The notes beneath the pieces are model-generated. The model was not told the DNA's origin, did not search any database, and was given only the letters and a program-made list of their open reading frames with translations. The translations under genes were made by a program, and so were the position numbers. Positions 11,389-24,116 of a DNA stretch of 64,000 bases are shown here, piece after piece (the first letter of the stretch is position 1; each line of letters starts with the position of its first letter). The DNA comes from Moniliella sp. 'wahieum' (taxonomy: Eukaryota): assembly GCA_003971905.1 (NCBI GenBank), contig RSEE01000016.1, positions 186,001 through 250,000 on the forward strand, read 5' to 3'.

Positions 11389-13651
11389 TCAAAGCAAGCC
11401 TTGAATGATAGTGAGTTGCTCCTCTGACATGCAAAATAGCGCCCGCCCTACTTTGGTTTCGGACCCGGCCTGGATGGGAGCAAACTCAACCACGTCCAAC
11501 AGCTGGCCCGCATCCTCATGGCCCAACGCCATCACCCGAGCTTCACCCACGGTACCAGGGTGGCCATCAGTGATGGCGGGCGCCGTGTACATGAACAACG
11601 TTCCTGCGCCACGTGTCCCACCTAGCGGCGCGGCAGGAGGGGAAACAAAGGCGAGAGCAACCGCTCGTGGCTCGCCATCGGTCGCACTGGCTGCCTCGTC
11701 TGCAGGCGGGCGGGAAGTAAGTGTGGTGTAGCAGAATTTAGCGTCTTTCTTGCTGGCCAACACGTAGGCTAACCCAGGCAGGTGGCCCACATGTTTCGGT
11801 TGGCCAGGTCCCATAGCGAATGCCGCCCCGTCTAGGCCTTGGGCGATGGTCAGGCACTTGGGTACTGGGTATGCGTGCTCGTCCCTCTGTGATGGAAATG
11901 AGGCACGCCCAGGAATGGTTAGGGCCAGCATTGTCTCTTCATCGCTGTAGGAGAGCGTGGGAGGGGTAGCAGGAGCAAAGTGGGTCACTTTGACCACTTG
12001 CAGAGGCCGCCCCACATTCGCATCCTCTTCTTCGAGCGGGTCGTGAAGTAACGTTGACTGCGTCGGAGGCAGACCGGGTGTAGGAATGGGCGCCTCATCC
12101 AACTCGTCCGAGGTGTACTGTCCAGTGCTTCGAGTGCGTTGAGCAAATCGGATGGGCTGAGCGTCTCAAGAACATCGTCAGACAACTTACTCTGTCGTGA
12201 CTGTGGATCGGCAAACAGCTGCGTCCACCGAGTGCCTTCCTCCTTCTTAGCAATGAAGAGAGTCAAGGCACAATACTCGCCCTGTTCTTGGCGGCGGGCC
12301 CGCTGTTCCCATTGCCATCTACTCTTCTCAACATCGATTGGAGCCCAAAGTTTATGGTTAGTATACGCCCTTGCTGCAGCTCCATAGCAAGCATTGTCTC
12401 CCAGGCTGGGCAAGACTTCCTCCTGGGGAAAGTTGGACCATCTTGGGTCCCACATCTGCAGTCGTGCTGACTGATAACGACAGATTGAGGGAGAGGTAAA
12501 ATTGACGGAAATCATCTTGTTTCAACGTTGGCGGGAGGGAGAACGCAACGGACACTGTTTCCGACGTTTGGGCCCAGGTATAGGCAGGCTGGGATGGGTG
12601 TTGGGTAGCTCGCACTGTCGTCGGTCCCGCCCCCAAACCTGTATGGGGCATTGGAGGGTAGTATGGGGCGCTGTCGAGCGTGGGGGACTTGTAGAGCTGG
12701 TATTTGCCAGCGGAGAGAAGGTACCACGAGATAGGATCATCGAGTGGACCAGGAATCTCGATGGCTTGGTAAAGTGGGTCAGTGCCGCGAAGAATCCACA
12801 GCACCTCAAAGTCTTCCCCATAGCGGGCATTGAGGTAGCGCTCGTCGGGAGAGGGCAGGCGCAAACGGACCAGAGCGATGTTGAACTCGGTAGTGCAGTC
12901 CACTGGGCCGATCCTTCCGATTCCTTACCCGGCACAAATGTTGACTGGACCAGGAATAAAGCTTGAGTCCTGCTGGAGTCGGCAAAACGGGCCGAGAGAA
13001 GGGATGCAACTTTCCCAAACCGGGAGAAAGATGGTGGAGTGGGGTACTCAGCTACAGGCGAGCTGAGCCAGCGCTCGTACCTGACCAGGGCATTGGTCTC
13101 GGCCTCATGGGCCTTCAAAAGTTTGATGGTACTATCTTCAGCACCATCGTGGACAAGCCAAGGTGGGCACCTAGGCTGGCGGCACTGGGGAGCTGCGAGG
13201 GGGTTGATAGAGATGCGGTGGATGGGGTGGGTGAGGGGGGTGAGCAGCCCTGTGTCGGGGGCAATGGATATAACCATAAGAACAACAAAGCCCTTGGCGT
13301 CAATGTAGAGCAAGTGGTCTGCCTCATCCCGGCTGGGGATGAGAAAACGGTGCAAGAGACGAGCCTGGAGCTGCTTGAGCGACATGGATGCCGCTGCCTG
13401 TTCCTCTGGGTCCAAGCGTGGGAGGGGGGATGGAAGGGGCCAGCTGGACTGAGAAATTGTGCCATAGCGCAGAACCGCAAGTGGGCGAGGAGCACGACCA
13501 GCAGCACCGTCGCCTGTTACGCGGTGGTATCTTCGTCGTTCCCAACGAGGCGGTACGTGTCAAAGGCGGGCTGGTAGCGAGAAGGGCTGCGCTCAAAGGA
13601 GAGCCCGGGCGGTGGGGGAGCGGGCGGAGAGGCAGAGTCGGCGGCAGACAT
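11389..13651 (-). CDS. NUDCD1: NudC domain-containing protein 1 (CS/p23 domain); frameshifted
   Basis: N-terminal PAFDTYRL (cf. NPKFEGYKL), YTWAQTSETVSVAF CS-domain start, LEEED, HVGHLPGLAYVLASK near the C-terminus. Confidence 0.8.
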
Positions 13652-14265
13652 GACGACGGACAGACTCGGGCGAGCGAGGCAGGTTGGGCCGAGACGGGGA
13701 TGCTGAGCGTTGCAGCAGCGAGCAGCGCGGGCGGCGGAGGACGGGGGACGGGCAGGGGATGAGCAGGGGATGGGCAGGGGATGAGAAGGGGATGGGGTGG
13801 GAGCGCCGGTGGGGCTGAGCGGAGGACGATGAAAGATGCGGCGGTTGCTGATGGATGGCGTGTGCGAGGGCGTTGGGAAAGAGGCCGGGAAGAAGGCGGG
13901 CCAGACCATCCCGCACCAGCACGCACTCAGCAGACGCCGCACCCGGCTCAAGTACTCCGCGGAGGATACTGAGTCAGTGCGGCGGCTGAGGCCGCCCTCC
14001 TTGTCCAGCCGGGCGGCCTCGGCCTGAGGAAAAGATAGTACTGTGGGTCGCTTAGTTAAGCCTTTGGCCGCGTGAGACTCACAGCTCACCACGTGAGCAA
14101 ACCCCACGTCTACCCCCGCTTGGTTTCGATCTGCTGCGTGGCGCATGCGCCAATTAAGAATTCTCATCCATTGATTTCGCGAGACCATGGCATATAGCAA
14201 GGCCCGATCCTGTCCTTCGCACTTGCGCCCCCTCTCCCAGGGCACAGAGCAAGTGGCACACACGG

Positions 14266-14315
14266 ACAGGCAGGCAGAAAGGCAGAAAGGCAGACAGGCA
14301 GACAGGCAGACAGGC
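14266..14315. repeat. (GGCAGAMA)n octamer microsatellite
   Basis: caggcagaaaggcagaaaggcagacaggcagacaggcagacagg seen directly. Confidence 0.8.
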
Positions 14316-14633
14316 GACCACCGGGTGGACAAACTGTTTTGGGAAAAGGAGTGACGGAACAGGTGCAGAGCGGGGATGAGCATGGAGGGCGCCCAGTCGT
14401 CCCGACATGGGATGACGACGAGGCCCGGTCCATCGCGGCAAACGGTATTGGCTTGGCACACGGAAGACTATGTTCACCATTGCAATCAACAGCAGGTGAA
14501 GGGAGAGAAGGGGGAAAGGGGGAAAGGGGGAAAGGGGGGGGGGCGGCACCATAGCAAGCCCAAAAACAGGGATATGTGAACGCGCGTTCTTTTTACTCCG
14601 CCGACAAACGGACGCCCATCTTGTCCCGCCACA

Positions 14634-17590
14634 TCAAGAAGAGGTCGCGGTCCAAGTGGATGACGAATCCTCGGGCCTTCGAAGGATCTTCGCAGTCGAT
14701 GCAGTCAACTTAAACATGTGGTCCAAAGAACGCGGGTGAGTACGGCTGGACGTAGCGGTAGCAACGACCGATGGTCGAGTCAGTGCTGAACACCTTGCGT
14801 TCAAACTGCGACAACAGCTCGTACCGCCACACTGTCCGACACTGCCATCCGCGGCACCTTGGCGTCGGGATGAGTGCCCCAGGGAACGTCGGGGCATAGG
14901 GTATGGAACAGTTGGTTCAAGTTTGACGCTTGGTACACAGACTGCGCCGTGTTGATAAACGTGGCCTCATGGAGGTCGGCAGGTTCTTCCTTGATAAAGG
15001 ACCAGTACCAATGGACCAACGAGTTGCCCAAGAATAACGCCCGCCACCAATGTAGCGTGGTGTGCCTGTGGTGACAATGGGAGTCGGAGCGACGGACGCA
15101 TGGACGGTAAGCTGGTCAAGATGGGAACCAATGGGGTGAGCGAGTTCAGTCCTGTCACTGCCCGGCCCAATGGTGAGCACTGTGCTGATGGTCCGCTTGA
15201 GGTAGAAGAGCAGCGCCAGAGCGCTGCATAGTCCTCCGACTTGATCGAGTCCCGCGTTCGCGGTGATAGGCGAAGCAGAGCATAAGCAATATCGGGCCTG
15301 GTGCCATGAGCAAAACTCTTGAGCTTGTTGTACGTGTACATGTACCACTGTTGCTTGTTGATCGACAGATAGGGTTCAGTGGATGCAGCCTCCCTGTCAG
15401 GGGCCGAAAAGCCCTGCCCTCCAGTTTTTGCTACCGCTCACGGGGGTAATGGGCAGGCAACGTGGCTAGCACTGTCCCCTTCCACTCCCAAACGGGAGAG
15501 GACGTTGAATCTCGGCCGCTTGAGACAGTTCAACATACCACAATTTGGGCTTGATCTCCACCGTACCAACCCGTTTGAGAGCACCTGGGTTGCGGAGAGA
15601 GAGCACAGATTGAAGCAGGGCGCGAATTTCCTCGATATCATCCGACTTGCCAAGCACAACAATTTCATCCACGTACACAGCCACTGCCACAGACAAACTG
15701 GTGTGGTAGAACATACCAGGACTGCCCTCGATGGCACTCAGTCCCAGACGTTCAAGACTGATTCGGGCGGAGCGGGCCCACGAATTGCGCACCGTGTCAA
15801 CAGCATAGAGGGTACGCTTGAGCTCGTAAACAGGCTCCACCATGCCCTCAGGGTGCACCGCGAAACCCGGGGCTGAAGTACATATATGGACTCGTCATCA
15901 TCCATTGGTTGATTAGCCATGGGTTCAGGTAATCGAACTGGACCAACTGGCACTCGTGACTCTTGTACCGCTTCTGGCACATGGCCGCCAGCATCGTGCG
16001 CAAACTCATGAGTGTAGGCTGATGCGAAGGAGATTGCTCCTTGACGCTTAAGTGCACTTGGCTAGCACTTCGTGGCCCGGACTCATCTTAAATGTAAAGT
16101 GGCCAGTCAGGGGGGAAGTCTTTTTCCGGATACTAGCCAGACCGGGAGCAGCCCAATCAACCACCTCCCACGTTTTGAGGTTGGTAGGCGTGTCATCTCG
16201 GCCTCGATCAGGTCAAGCCAGCGTTCCGCGTTGGACCAGTGAGAGCCTGGTACGCTGTCGGGCGAGCCGGATCAGTGGAAGGTTCCCGGTCGGCCGACTT
16301 GAGTAGTGCCGCACGAGTGCTGACGGTCTGGATTTGCCAAGGGCGACGAGGGCTTCACTGTATCAACAGGAGCCTTGGGGGTGCTAGTGGGAGAAGAAAT
16401 CGGAATCGATGAAAGAATTGGGGACCTCGACGGGTGTGTGAATCGGCTCAACGACCTTAACTGGCTCGGGCGGTAGAGAAGGTACCCGATCGCTGTGAAT
16501 GTTTGCATCGTAGCGGAGGGCTCATCATATCGAACGGGGGTACAGGCGAGGGGAATGTCTCCAGCACCGGAACACTCTTGGCCACGGGAGGAGGAGGAAG
16601 TGCCTCTTCCACCTTGGTCCCGGGTCAGGAGAGACTCGAGGTCATCCTCTCTCTTAACTCTGCTCGACTGGGTACAGTGGGAGTGCGCACCGAGAGCGAA
16701 GGAAAAGGGACTCGCAGCCTTTCCTTACGATCTCCATCCACATCGTCCACATCGGTGATGAAGTCTTGCAACAAGTCATTGATGCGCGCTCAGTCTCTTT
16801 CCAAAAAAGTACTTCTTGACCAGCCGAATCAACTTCCACTGTTCGATCCGCGACGATGCTTAACAATGTCCACAAAGCGTTCGAGTAGACGGCATAATTT
16901 TCGGTAGTACGGCGAAAACTGGCGGTGCAGGTGCAAGAACTTGTGGTCCGCACCCAGCGCATACCCCCAATCCTCGATCCACTTGAGTGTGTTGCGGAAG
17001 CGGACCGGTAGGTGCTGAAAGTCTCACTAATATGAGGTCAGAGCAATGTGCACAATTGGAAAGGAAACAAATATGGGGAATGAATGAAAACGCACTTTCC
17101 GAGGTTGCACTCCTGGAGCATCTCGAGCTCGCTTATCGCTCCTTGGTCCAAGGGCTCGCCATACGCCTGGTCGAGCGCGGTGAGAAGAAGGAAGCCAGAG
17201 GCTCATGAGAGAGGTAGGTGTACTTGCTCAGTAACGGGGCGACATAGTCAGGTGATGAGGAGGCACTCGCGTGCTTCGGCATGAGTTCAGACGAAGCCAT
17301 TTGCCCGCGTAGTTCACGGTAGATGGGCTCGGAACGGAAGCCCATATTTGACGTAGTCACGACGCCATTTCCAATACCCGAGCGGATCCAGTAACAGTGG
17401 AGCAGACTGGGCAAGCTCGACGGGATGAAGAAGCGGCACGGTCATCATCAGCACCAGGACGCCAAGAGGAGGATTGACGCCAGGAGGAGGATGGAGGCCA
17501 GGAAATGCGGTGGCAGAGGTGGTGGGAGGCAAACAGAATCAACACCGCAGACGCCGCTGGCAGAAATTGCAAATCCGATGCAATTGACAA
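14634..17590 (-). mobile_element. Ty1/copia-derived locus: Gag-like N-terminus, Pro/Ser-rich linker, RVT_2 reverse transcriptase and RNase H; no protease, integrase or LTR detected; ends approximate
   Basis: ERWLDLIEAEM..TWEVV (~16160-16230), SLRTMLA, QFDYLN, YELKRTLY, VYVDEIVV, TRPDIAYA, RNase H-like FLGNSLVHW..EATFI; Gag-like NETFSTYRxRF across intron 17027-17095. Confidence 0.8.
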
Positions 17591-19058
17591 TTAATCAGGG
17601 GGTGGCCCACGGGCGGACCGGTTCAGTATGTACGGCCACTTTCGTCCTCAACAGAGATTTGAGATGCAAAGCTTGAAGCTTGAAGCACCGCCCTCCTACC
17701 TATACTTGGCATTGGCGAACGGAAAGTGTGTCATTCATACTTAGTGATATACTGCTGTCGATGATCGATAAGATCTGAGATCATCGATCAGGCCTCAGGG
17801 GACCGATGACCGCGGGTGACCAGAGTGACCGGTGACCGACCACACGAGCTATCTGTTTGTGCGGCAAAACGAAGAGACTGCCCGTGCCCACCGGGCACCA
17901 GTCGCACAGCCCCGCGCCCCCACAGTAGAAGTTACTGTTCGTGATCACGGGTCACAATTACGGGCATGATGCATTTGTGCGCGCGCTCTCGTCTTTCTTC
18001 CCACGGCATGAACACCGGCCTTGTGGGCAGTGGCCGATACTATTATGAGTCTCGGGCGCACCAACATCCCGTCCCACAGCAGAAGAGCCCCTATACGCAG
18101 GTGAATTTATCTCGTCAAAACAGAACCTCGCTGGTGGCATCCCCAGCTTAGCGCCCAGTCGGAGCACTGAGTTCTCGATGGTGTTGTATCGCACACCGAG
18201 CTACAGAAGAAACCAGAGAATATTTGTGCCATTCAACGAAGACAAGGAAAGGACGAGAGGCTCATCAACTGATTAGAAGATTGAAGCTACTTATTGGACT
18301 TTGAAACATTGGACTCAACCTTTTGAACTGCAAGCGTTAGAAGTTCAACACTAAGTAAGACGCGGTCCCCTGCTTCGGAGCTTCTTCTTGTGGATCCGTG
18401 AACGTACAGAACTGGTCCGCTCAAGCGCTCAAGAACTCAAGCTCCAAGCTTAAAGGTGCCCACCCACAACCCTGCAAGCAGCGCCAACCAGCTCCCCACC
18501 GCCATGTGGCCCTTGAGACCCGTGTGCAGGCGCCACATGGGCGGCAGGGGTTTGTGTTGCCGATCACATTTCCTTCAACATTTCACATTGGGTGTTCGGC
18601 TGTCAGTCACCGAGCACTGTCAAGTGACAGCATCACGCTGACATGTGACTGACTTCTACTTGACTTGGAAGCTTGAAGCCTCGAAGCTTGAAGCTCGAAG
18701 CTATTAGTGAAGCTAGCAAGGAAGCTAATGAAGCTTGGAGCTTGAAGCTTGACCACTGCGCCCGTAGGCCGTAAGGCTGTGTAAAGGCCCAAGGCTGAAG
18801 GCCTAGTAATAAGGCGGTAAGGTAAGCGCTACAAATATAAACCCGCTTGAAGCTGCTGTTACAAACAGACCCATACACTCAGATAAGATAGAGACCGCTG
18901 CATCTCGCCCATCCCTAGTCCTCCCGGCTGAACCAATTACTCCTGGCACCTGGCGAAAAACAACTATAGTTAACAAGGCAAAACAAAATGTGGCACACGT
19001 AGACGTATAGCATTGAGCAAGTGCACAGAAACAACCAGACGCTCGAAACGCGGCACCC

Positions 19059-20726
19059 TTAGCCGTTGAGGTACTTGGGTTTGCCCCGATGGCCACCCTT
19101 GCGTGGCCTCTGGCGAAGGACCATAATGTTGCCACCCCGGTCTGTAGGGCGACGAGTACGCACCAGGGCAAGATTACCCCACCGATCCTTGGACTGGTGG
19201 TTACCCTTGGATTTACCACGGCCACCACCGTTCGGGTGGTCGCAGTGGTTCATTGCCACACCACGAACCTTAGGACGACGGCCGAGCCAGCGGGCACGAC
19301 CAGCCTTACCCAGCTTGCGGTGCTGCCAATTGGTGTTGCTCACACGGCCAATTGTTGCCGCACCATTGACCGGCACCATACGTACTTCACCACTCTGCAT
19401 CTTGATGACTGCGTGCGTGGCAGTAGGCTTGTCTGCCATAGCAAGGGCGGCTTCCTTACCACCCAAGAGCTTCTCCAGTTGCTTCTCGCGGGGCAAGAGA
19501 GCGTTCTCCTCCGCATTACCAGGCAGCAGCTCGGGACGCGGGATAGGCGTACCCTTCTCCGTCAACTCACCCATGAGCGGGCCAGGACGGGCGCCCGTTT
19601 TACGGTGCATAAAGCCCACCAGCTGACCGGATGAACCAGCAGAACGAATGAGTTTACCCTTGCCCTTGGCCGCAATGGTCACATTGTGGATCTCGGTACC
19701 GATAGGGATGAGCGAGAGAGGCAAACAGTTACCCGGGCGCAACGCCTGCATACGGAACATACCCAGGTCGAGCGGGGCCTTGGCAATCTCCTCTTCAGTG
19801 AAACGGGTGTTATCCATCTCGGGGTTGCGGAAGGTCGAGACACCGTCGCGACGGTAAGAGCGAACCGTGTCGCCAGCACGAAGACCATCGGCCGCAACGA
19901 TGTACGAACGAACCTTAGTCTCCCGGTTCTCAATCAATGCAACGTGTGACGAACGACCAGGATCGTACTCGATGGTAAGTACGTCCTGAACTCCGGGCTC
20001 CCAACGGGAAAAGTCCACGAGACGGATACGTTGCTTGTGGCCACCACCAATACCACGCGTGGCGATCCGCCCATTTTCTGAACGGCCACCCGACTTGCGC
20101 AGCGCAACTGTCAGGCCATACTCGGGCTCACCACGGAAGAGGTAAGGGTTGTACAGCAGACGGGTATGGCGAATACCGGGCGTGATAGGCTTGAAAGTCT
20201 TGAAAGCACCATCGACACGAACGTAGGGTGTTTGGATCCGGGTCTTGAGTCCCAGACGGGAGGCCAGTTGGGCCTCTTTCTTGGCTTCCTTAACTGCACG
20301 CATCATCCTCTTGCGCTCCAGACGACGCACGCGTCTAGGCACGAGGGCTCGACCTGGGAGCGGAAATTTGTGACCAAAGTTGTATGTACCAGACTCGCGA
20401 CTCGAGGGCCAAATTTTGTTGTCGGCAAGACCGACAAGAGTCTTGTGAGGCTTTCCAACACGGTGGGAACCGTCGGCCAAAACACGAGAACGCAACGGAA
20501 TGAAACACTTGAAGCGCGCCTCAACCAGAGCATGGTTGCGCATGACGGGCGGATCGGGAAGCTGGCCCCAAGGCTGGTACGCCTCGTGGATCTCAAGCCG
20601 CCCGCCATCGTCGGTGCGATCACTGACGGGAACAGGCGCAAGTGATGCAAGCCCGCGACGGGCATGGGCCACACCGGTGCTTAGGGTCGGCACGCGACCG
20701 ACAGCCGGGCGCACCAGGCAACGCAT
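19059..20726 (-). CDS. RML2: Mitochondrial ribosomal protein uL2m
   Basis: Intact ORF; GGRSENGRI..GGGHKQRIRLVDF, IEYDPGRSSHVAL, RSAG, LGKAGRARWLGRRPKVRGVAMNHCDHPNGGGRG; start placed at MRCLVR presequence. Confidence 0.95.
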   Translation of the reverse strand: MRCLVRPAVGRVPTLSTGVAHARRGLASLAPVPVSDRTDDGGRLEIHEAYQPWGQLPDPPVMRNHALVEARFKCFIPLRSRVLADGSHRVGKPHKTLVGLADNKIWPSSRESGTYNFGHKFPLPGRALVPRRVRRLERKRMMRAVKEAKKEAQLASRLGLKTRIQTPYVRVDGAFKTFKPITPGIRHTRLLYNPYLFRGEPEYGLTVALRKSGGRSENGRIATRGIGGGHKQRIRLVDFSRWEPGVQDVLTIEYDPGRSSHVALIENRETKVRSYIVAADGLRAGDTVRSYRRDGVSTFRNPEMDNTRFTEEEIAKAPLDLGMFRMQALRPGNCLPLSLIPIGTEIHNVTIAAKGKGKLIRSAGSSGQLVGFMHRKTGARPGPLMGELTEKGTPIPRPELLPGNAEENALLPREKQLEKLLGGKEAALAMADKPTATHAVIKMQSGEVRMVPVNGAATIGRVSNTNWQHRKLGKAGRARWLGRRPKVRGVAMNHCDHPNGGGRGKSKGNHQSKDRWGNLALVRTRRPTDRGGNIMVLRQRPRKGGHRGKPKYLNG

Positions 20727-23270
20727 AGTGAGCGGTGGGCTGCAAGGCGAAGGGGAAGCCGAGCTCACTGGGCGATCAGCCTGATGGAGCAGAATGGCCT
20801 CGGGAAGGTTGCGATACGCAGCGGAATGTGGAAGCGGAATACGACGGGTGAGCCCCCAGGCCCAGTATTTTTGAAATTGCAGCTGCCCCTTTCCTACGGC
20901 TGCCGCTCCAGCCAGAAAAGTTAATATAATGGGGACGATGATTGATGAACACCTCTGGTTCTCTGGCGATCCGCCAGCCGAGTGCCTTGACCTACATGTA
21001 TTGGCTCCCCAGTTACCCCTCAATCCTGAGCCTGAACCCGTAGGCGTCACCCTGATCATGGGTACGTCGGGAACGCTGTCCCCCTCGCTTGCCCGCTGCC
21101 TGCGCCTCTCGGCAGGGTCAGCAGAGAGGATTATATGTGTTTTTTTTTGTTTTGTGTTTGTGGGCGCACTCTGGGCACTTGCGTCGCCCTACCTATATGC
21201 GGCTGCTCTTGGGCTTTTGCATACATCCCTCTCAGCCCTTCCCTTCTCTCGGCGTTCAGCGCTGCACAGGGTTCCCCTGATTTGACACAATTCTCTACCA
21301 CCACACTTGTCAAGAGGAGAGAGCTGACAGCAAGACAGTATAGTCCTTTAGCGTTTGATCATATAAGGCTTTCTGTTTATATTTGTTACGACGTCTCATA
21401 ATGGGAAGATGCCTGCCTGTACATGACGACCTGCGCTGGTTCACTTAGGACCCTAGAGAAAGCATTGATATGTATGTGGCGAAAAGACGACCCACCGTCA
21501 CGCGTCACCACGCTTCTTTTGCTTTCATATATGGTCGTGTGTATAATACCAGACCATGTTCACGCGGTCGCTTTTCGTCTGGGTTAGATATGGATATCTC
21601 CTTACCCCAAAGATGCGCCAGTAGCTCCTGATCTTATATCGACTTGTAAGGAATCTTTGCGTCTTAATTCTGCCCTCAATGTCGTTGCACCCATGTCCAT
21701 TCTTCCCCCAGAGTGATGGCCTTTTCGTTTCGTTCTTTTTTTTTTCTCCGTCGTCCTTGAGACGCTCATTCATCCGCTTTATCCAGGCTCTCTCTCTCGC
21801 CCGACAAGGTCACAAATCCGACTATATATAATATTGTCCGTAGAAGTTCGTCAAAGTAGACCTCGAAGGTTTTCTCTATTTGTTACTAGGCCAAACGATT
21901 GGGCATGCTGTGTACTAGGCCTAGGGAGCCGGACGGGCAGAAGGATGAGGAGAAGGTGATGGATTGGAGCCATAATTGGGCTTGGGTACAGAGGCATCTA
22001 GATAGGAGGCACTAGGCACAGGGCCAGGGAGGCAGACAGGAGAAAGTGCAGGGAAAATGGACAGTGACACGCTGGGAGACACCCGCAGCGTGGAAAAGCC
22101 GATGAAACCGAGGTGAAACCTGGTTTACCGACTGGGAGCCGGAGGATCACAATCAACACATGCCGTACTTTTCCGTGGGTGTGTATATTGCGGTATGTAC
22201 CTTAATATGATGAGCCGGTGGGTTGCGGATCCTGCCCCCCGGAGGGTTCAGGGGACACGCTGTGCCCACTTTGATGTAGTACTGAAGGCTATGGACGAGA
22301 AGACACAGGCAGTGAATTGGTTATAACGTAACAAGTCCTTGTGAGGTAAAAGTGATGCGGGTCGACTCTTTTGTAAGAGGCAGCCCCAAAGATGATTACT
22401 AAGCTGATTAGTTTCTTGAATGTGCTCCCTGTATGAACCAGGAATCGAGACGATCAACGGGTACCCGCTTCTACAAACACGAGCAATTCCCGATATATGT
22501 TCAGACTGACGCGCAGACTAGTATAATACCTCCTTCTACTTATGTACCCTATGCCCCCTCCATACAATCTCTCCCATGTGCATAAATAATACCATAGGAG
22601 GACCATACCCAAAGTGTAGGTGCATAGGGGGGCTCAAGGCTCTGCAATTTTCATTCAACACGGCCATACATGCTTATCCTGCGTCGGGGAAATTCTTGAC
22701 AAAGACAGAGAGTATATAGGCTGATGAAGAGTCGATTGAATTGATATTCTCCACTCAATACCCCCAAGACTTCTCTCTCGCATTCGTGCATACTATAAAA
22801 GATTGGAATGGAACCAAGTTGATGCAGCTAGTACGACAAATGTCCTCTTATGTTTGAGCGCTACAGAGTAAATGGGTTGTCTATATACGATGATATATAC
22901 TGTACTAGGTGATCCCAGCTGCAGAGCTTCCCGTAAGTGGCTCATTCCCCCATAATTCTTCCTGCTTTACCCAGGCCTGAGCTTGAAGCTGATGAGGTCT
23001 CGCCCAACATCTCCGGTCTCACCACCGCGGTGGGTTTTCGGCACAAAACCCAAAGCACTATATGTTTAGCCAGCCTATACAATCCAAGAACGACTATTGG
23101 TAGCCTATTAGCGCACACAGAACGCAACACAGGACGGGACATTTTTCTTTTTTTGTTAAAGACCAGAGAGCAGTCAGCTGATAGTGCACTGCTTTGCACA
23201 TGAGCTACAGAGGCTAGATAATATTGCTGCCATCGGTTCCGGGCTTTTAATTGGGCTACCAGTGCCACTA

Positions 23271-24116
23271 TGTCACGGGCGGGCGCCGCCAGGGGGCCCG
23301 CCCTGGGGTTTTGGGGGTACAATCCCTTAGGTGACGGTAGGTCGACTCACGGTAGTTTCGGGCTTAGGCTGGTTGGTGTGTCCGAGCGGAGCTAGGGACG
23401 AGGAGAGGCCTTTGGTGGGGCGGCTGCACGTGTGGCAAGGCAGCGTCTGCACCGGCTTGGGCCGTAGTAACGTGTCTGAAGCCTCCGGGACTTAGGGACG
23501 GGAGGAGGCAGCGGCGGACAAACACTGCCTTAACTGGGACTGGGAATCGCCGCGACCGAAGGAGGGCTCGCGCGATTGGACTGACGAAGGGCTGGAGGAC
23601 GAGGTCGGAGGAGATGTCGGGCGCTAACAAGAGGAGCTGCCTGTACTGGATCAATTGGCTGGAAAACGGGCAGGAGTCGGACAGGATAGGCGGGAAGGGA
23701 CGAGGGTGGAGACGAGAGATGACGAGAATGGAAGGTGGGGGAAAAGATCCCCATCAACCAGGGGTACAGGCAGGATCAAAAAGGAAACGGATACAAGAGG
23801 GGTGTAGAAAGGAAGACATGTCAAAAGCGGGGTTGGTCGCCACAGGCGCGCGAGAAAGGAAACGGAAACGGGGACGGGAAGGCAGATGCCGCCACGGCAC
23901 TGTGGAAGCTCGGTGGCCTTATTTAGGCCGGCCGACTTGGACTTGGGCGGGGGGCGACTATTGTCGCGCGGAGCATGGCCCTTCGGCCACGATACTTAAT
24001 TTAGCCAACCATCATCACACTTGGTTGGCCTGCGGAGCACGCTCTACTGGGCATGTGCGGAGCAGGCGGGCCTTAGCTTGGGTCGGACCATCTCGTGTCC
24101 GCCGCAGCCCGTGACA
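23271..24116. mobile_element. Solo LTR (846 bp)
   Basis: TGTCACGGGC...GCCCGTGACA terminal inverted ends (TG..CA) flanked by a perfect 5-bp TSD CACTA (23266-23270 and 24117-24121); homologous to 29.5-30.1 kb. Confidence 0.9.

Noticed and set aside
1435..13651. Secondary-metabolite gene cluster around the NRPS-like gene
   Set aside because: The neighbours are housekeeping genes (PMR1, MRPL17, RPS5, RPS28, NUDCD1), with no tailoring enzymes or exporters nearby.
20727..21059. 111-aa N-terminal extension of RML2 in the ORF track
   Set aside because: It is not protein-like, and the downstream Met begins a typical mitochondrial presequence.
21835..22257. Possible additional solo LTR (TGTCC...GGACA)
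   Set aside because: No target-site duplication and no second copy in the window.
23266..23270. CACTA as the terminus of a CACTA/En-Spm DNA transposon
   Set aside because: It occurs as a direct repeat on both sides of a TG..CA element, so it is a TSD. No inverted TAGTG end or transposase was found.
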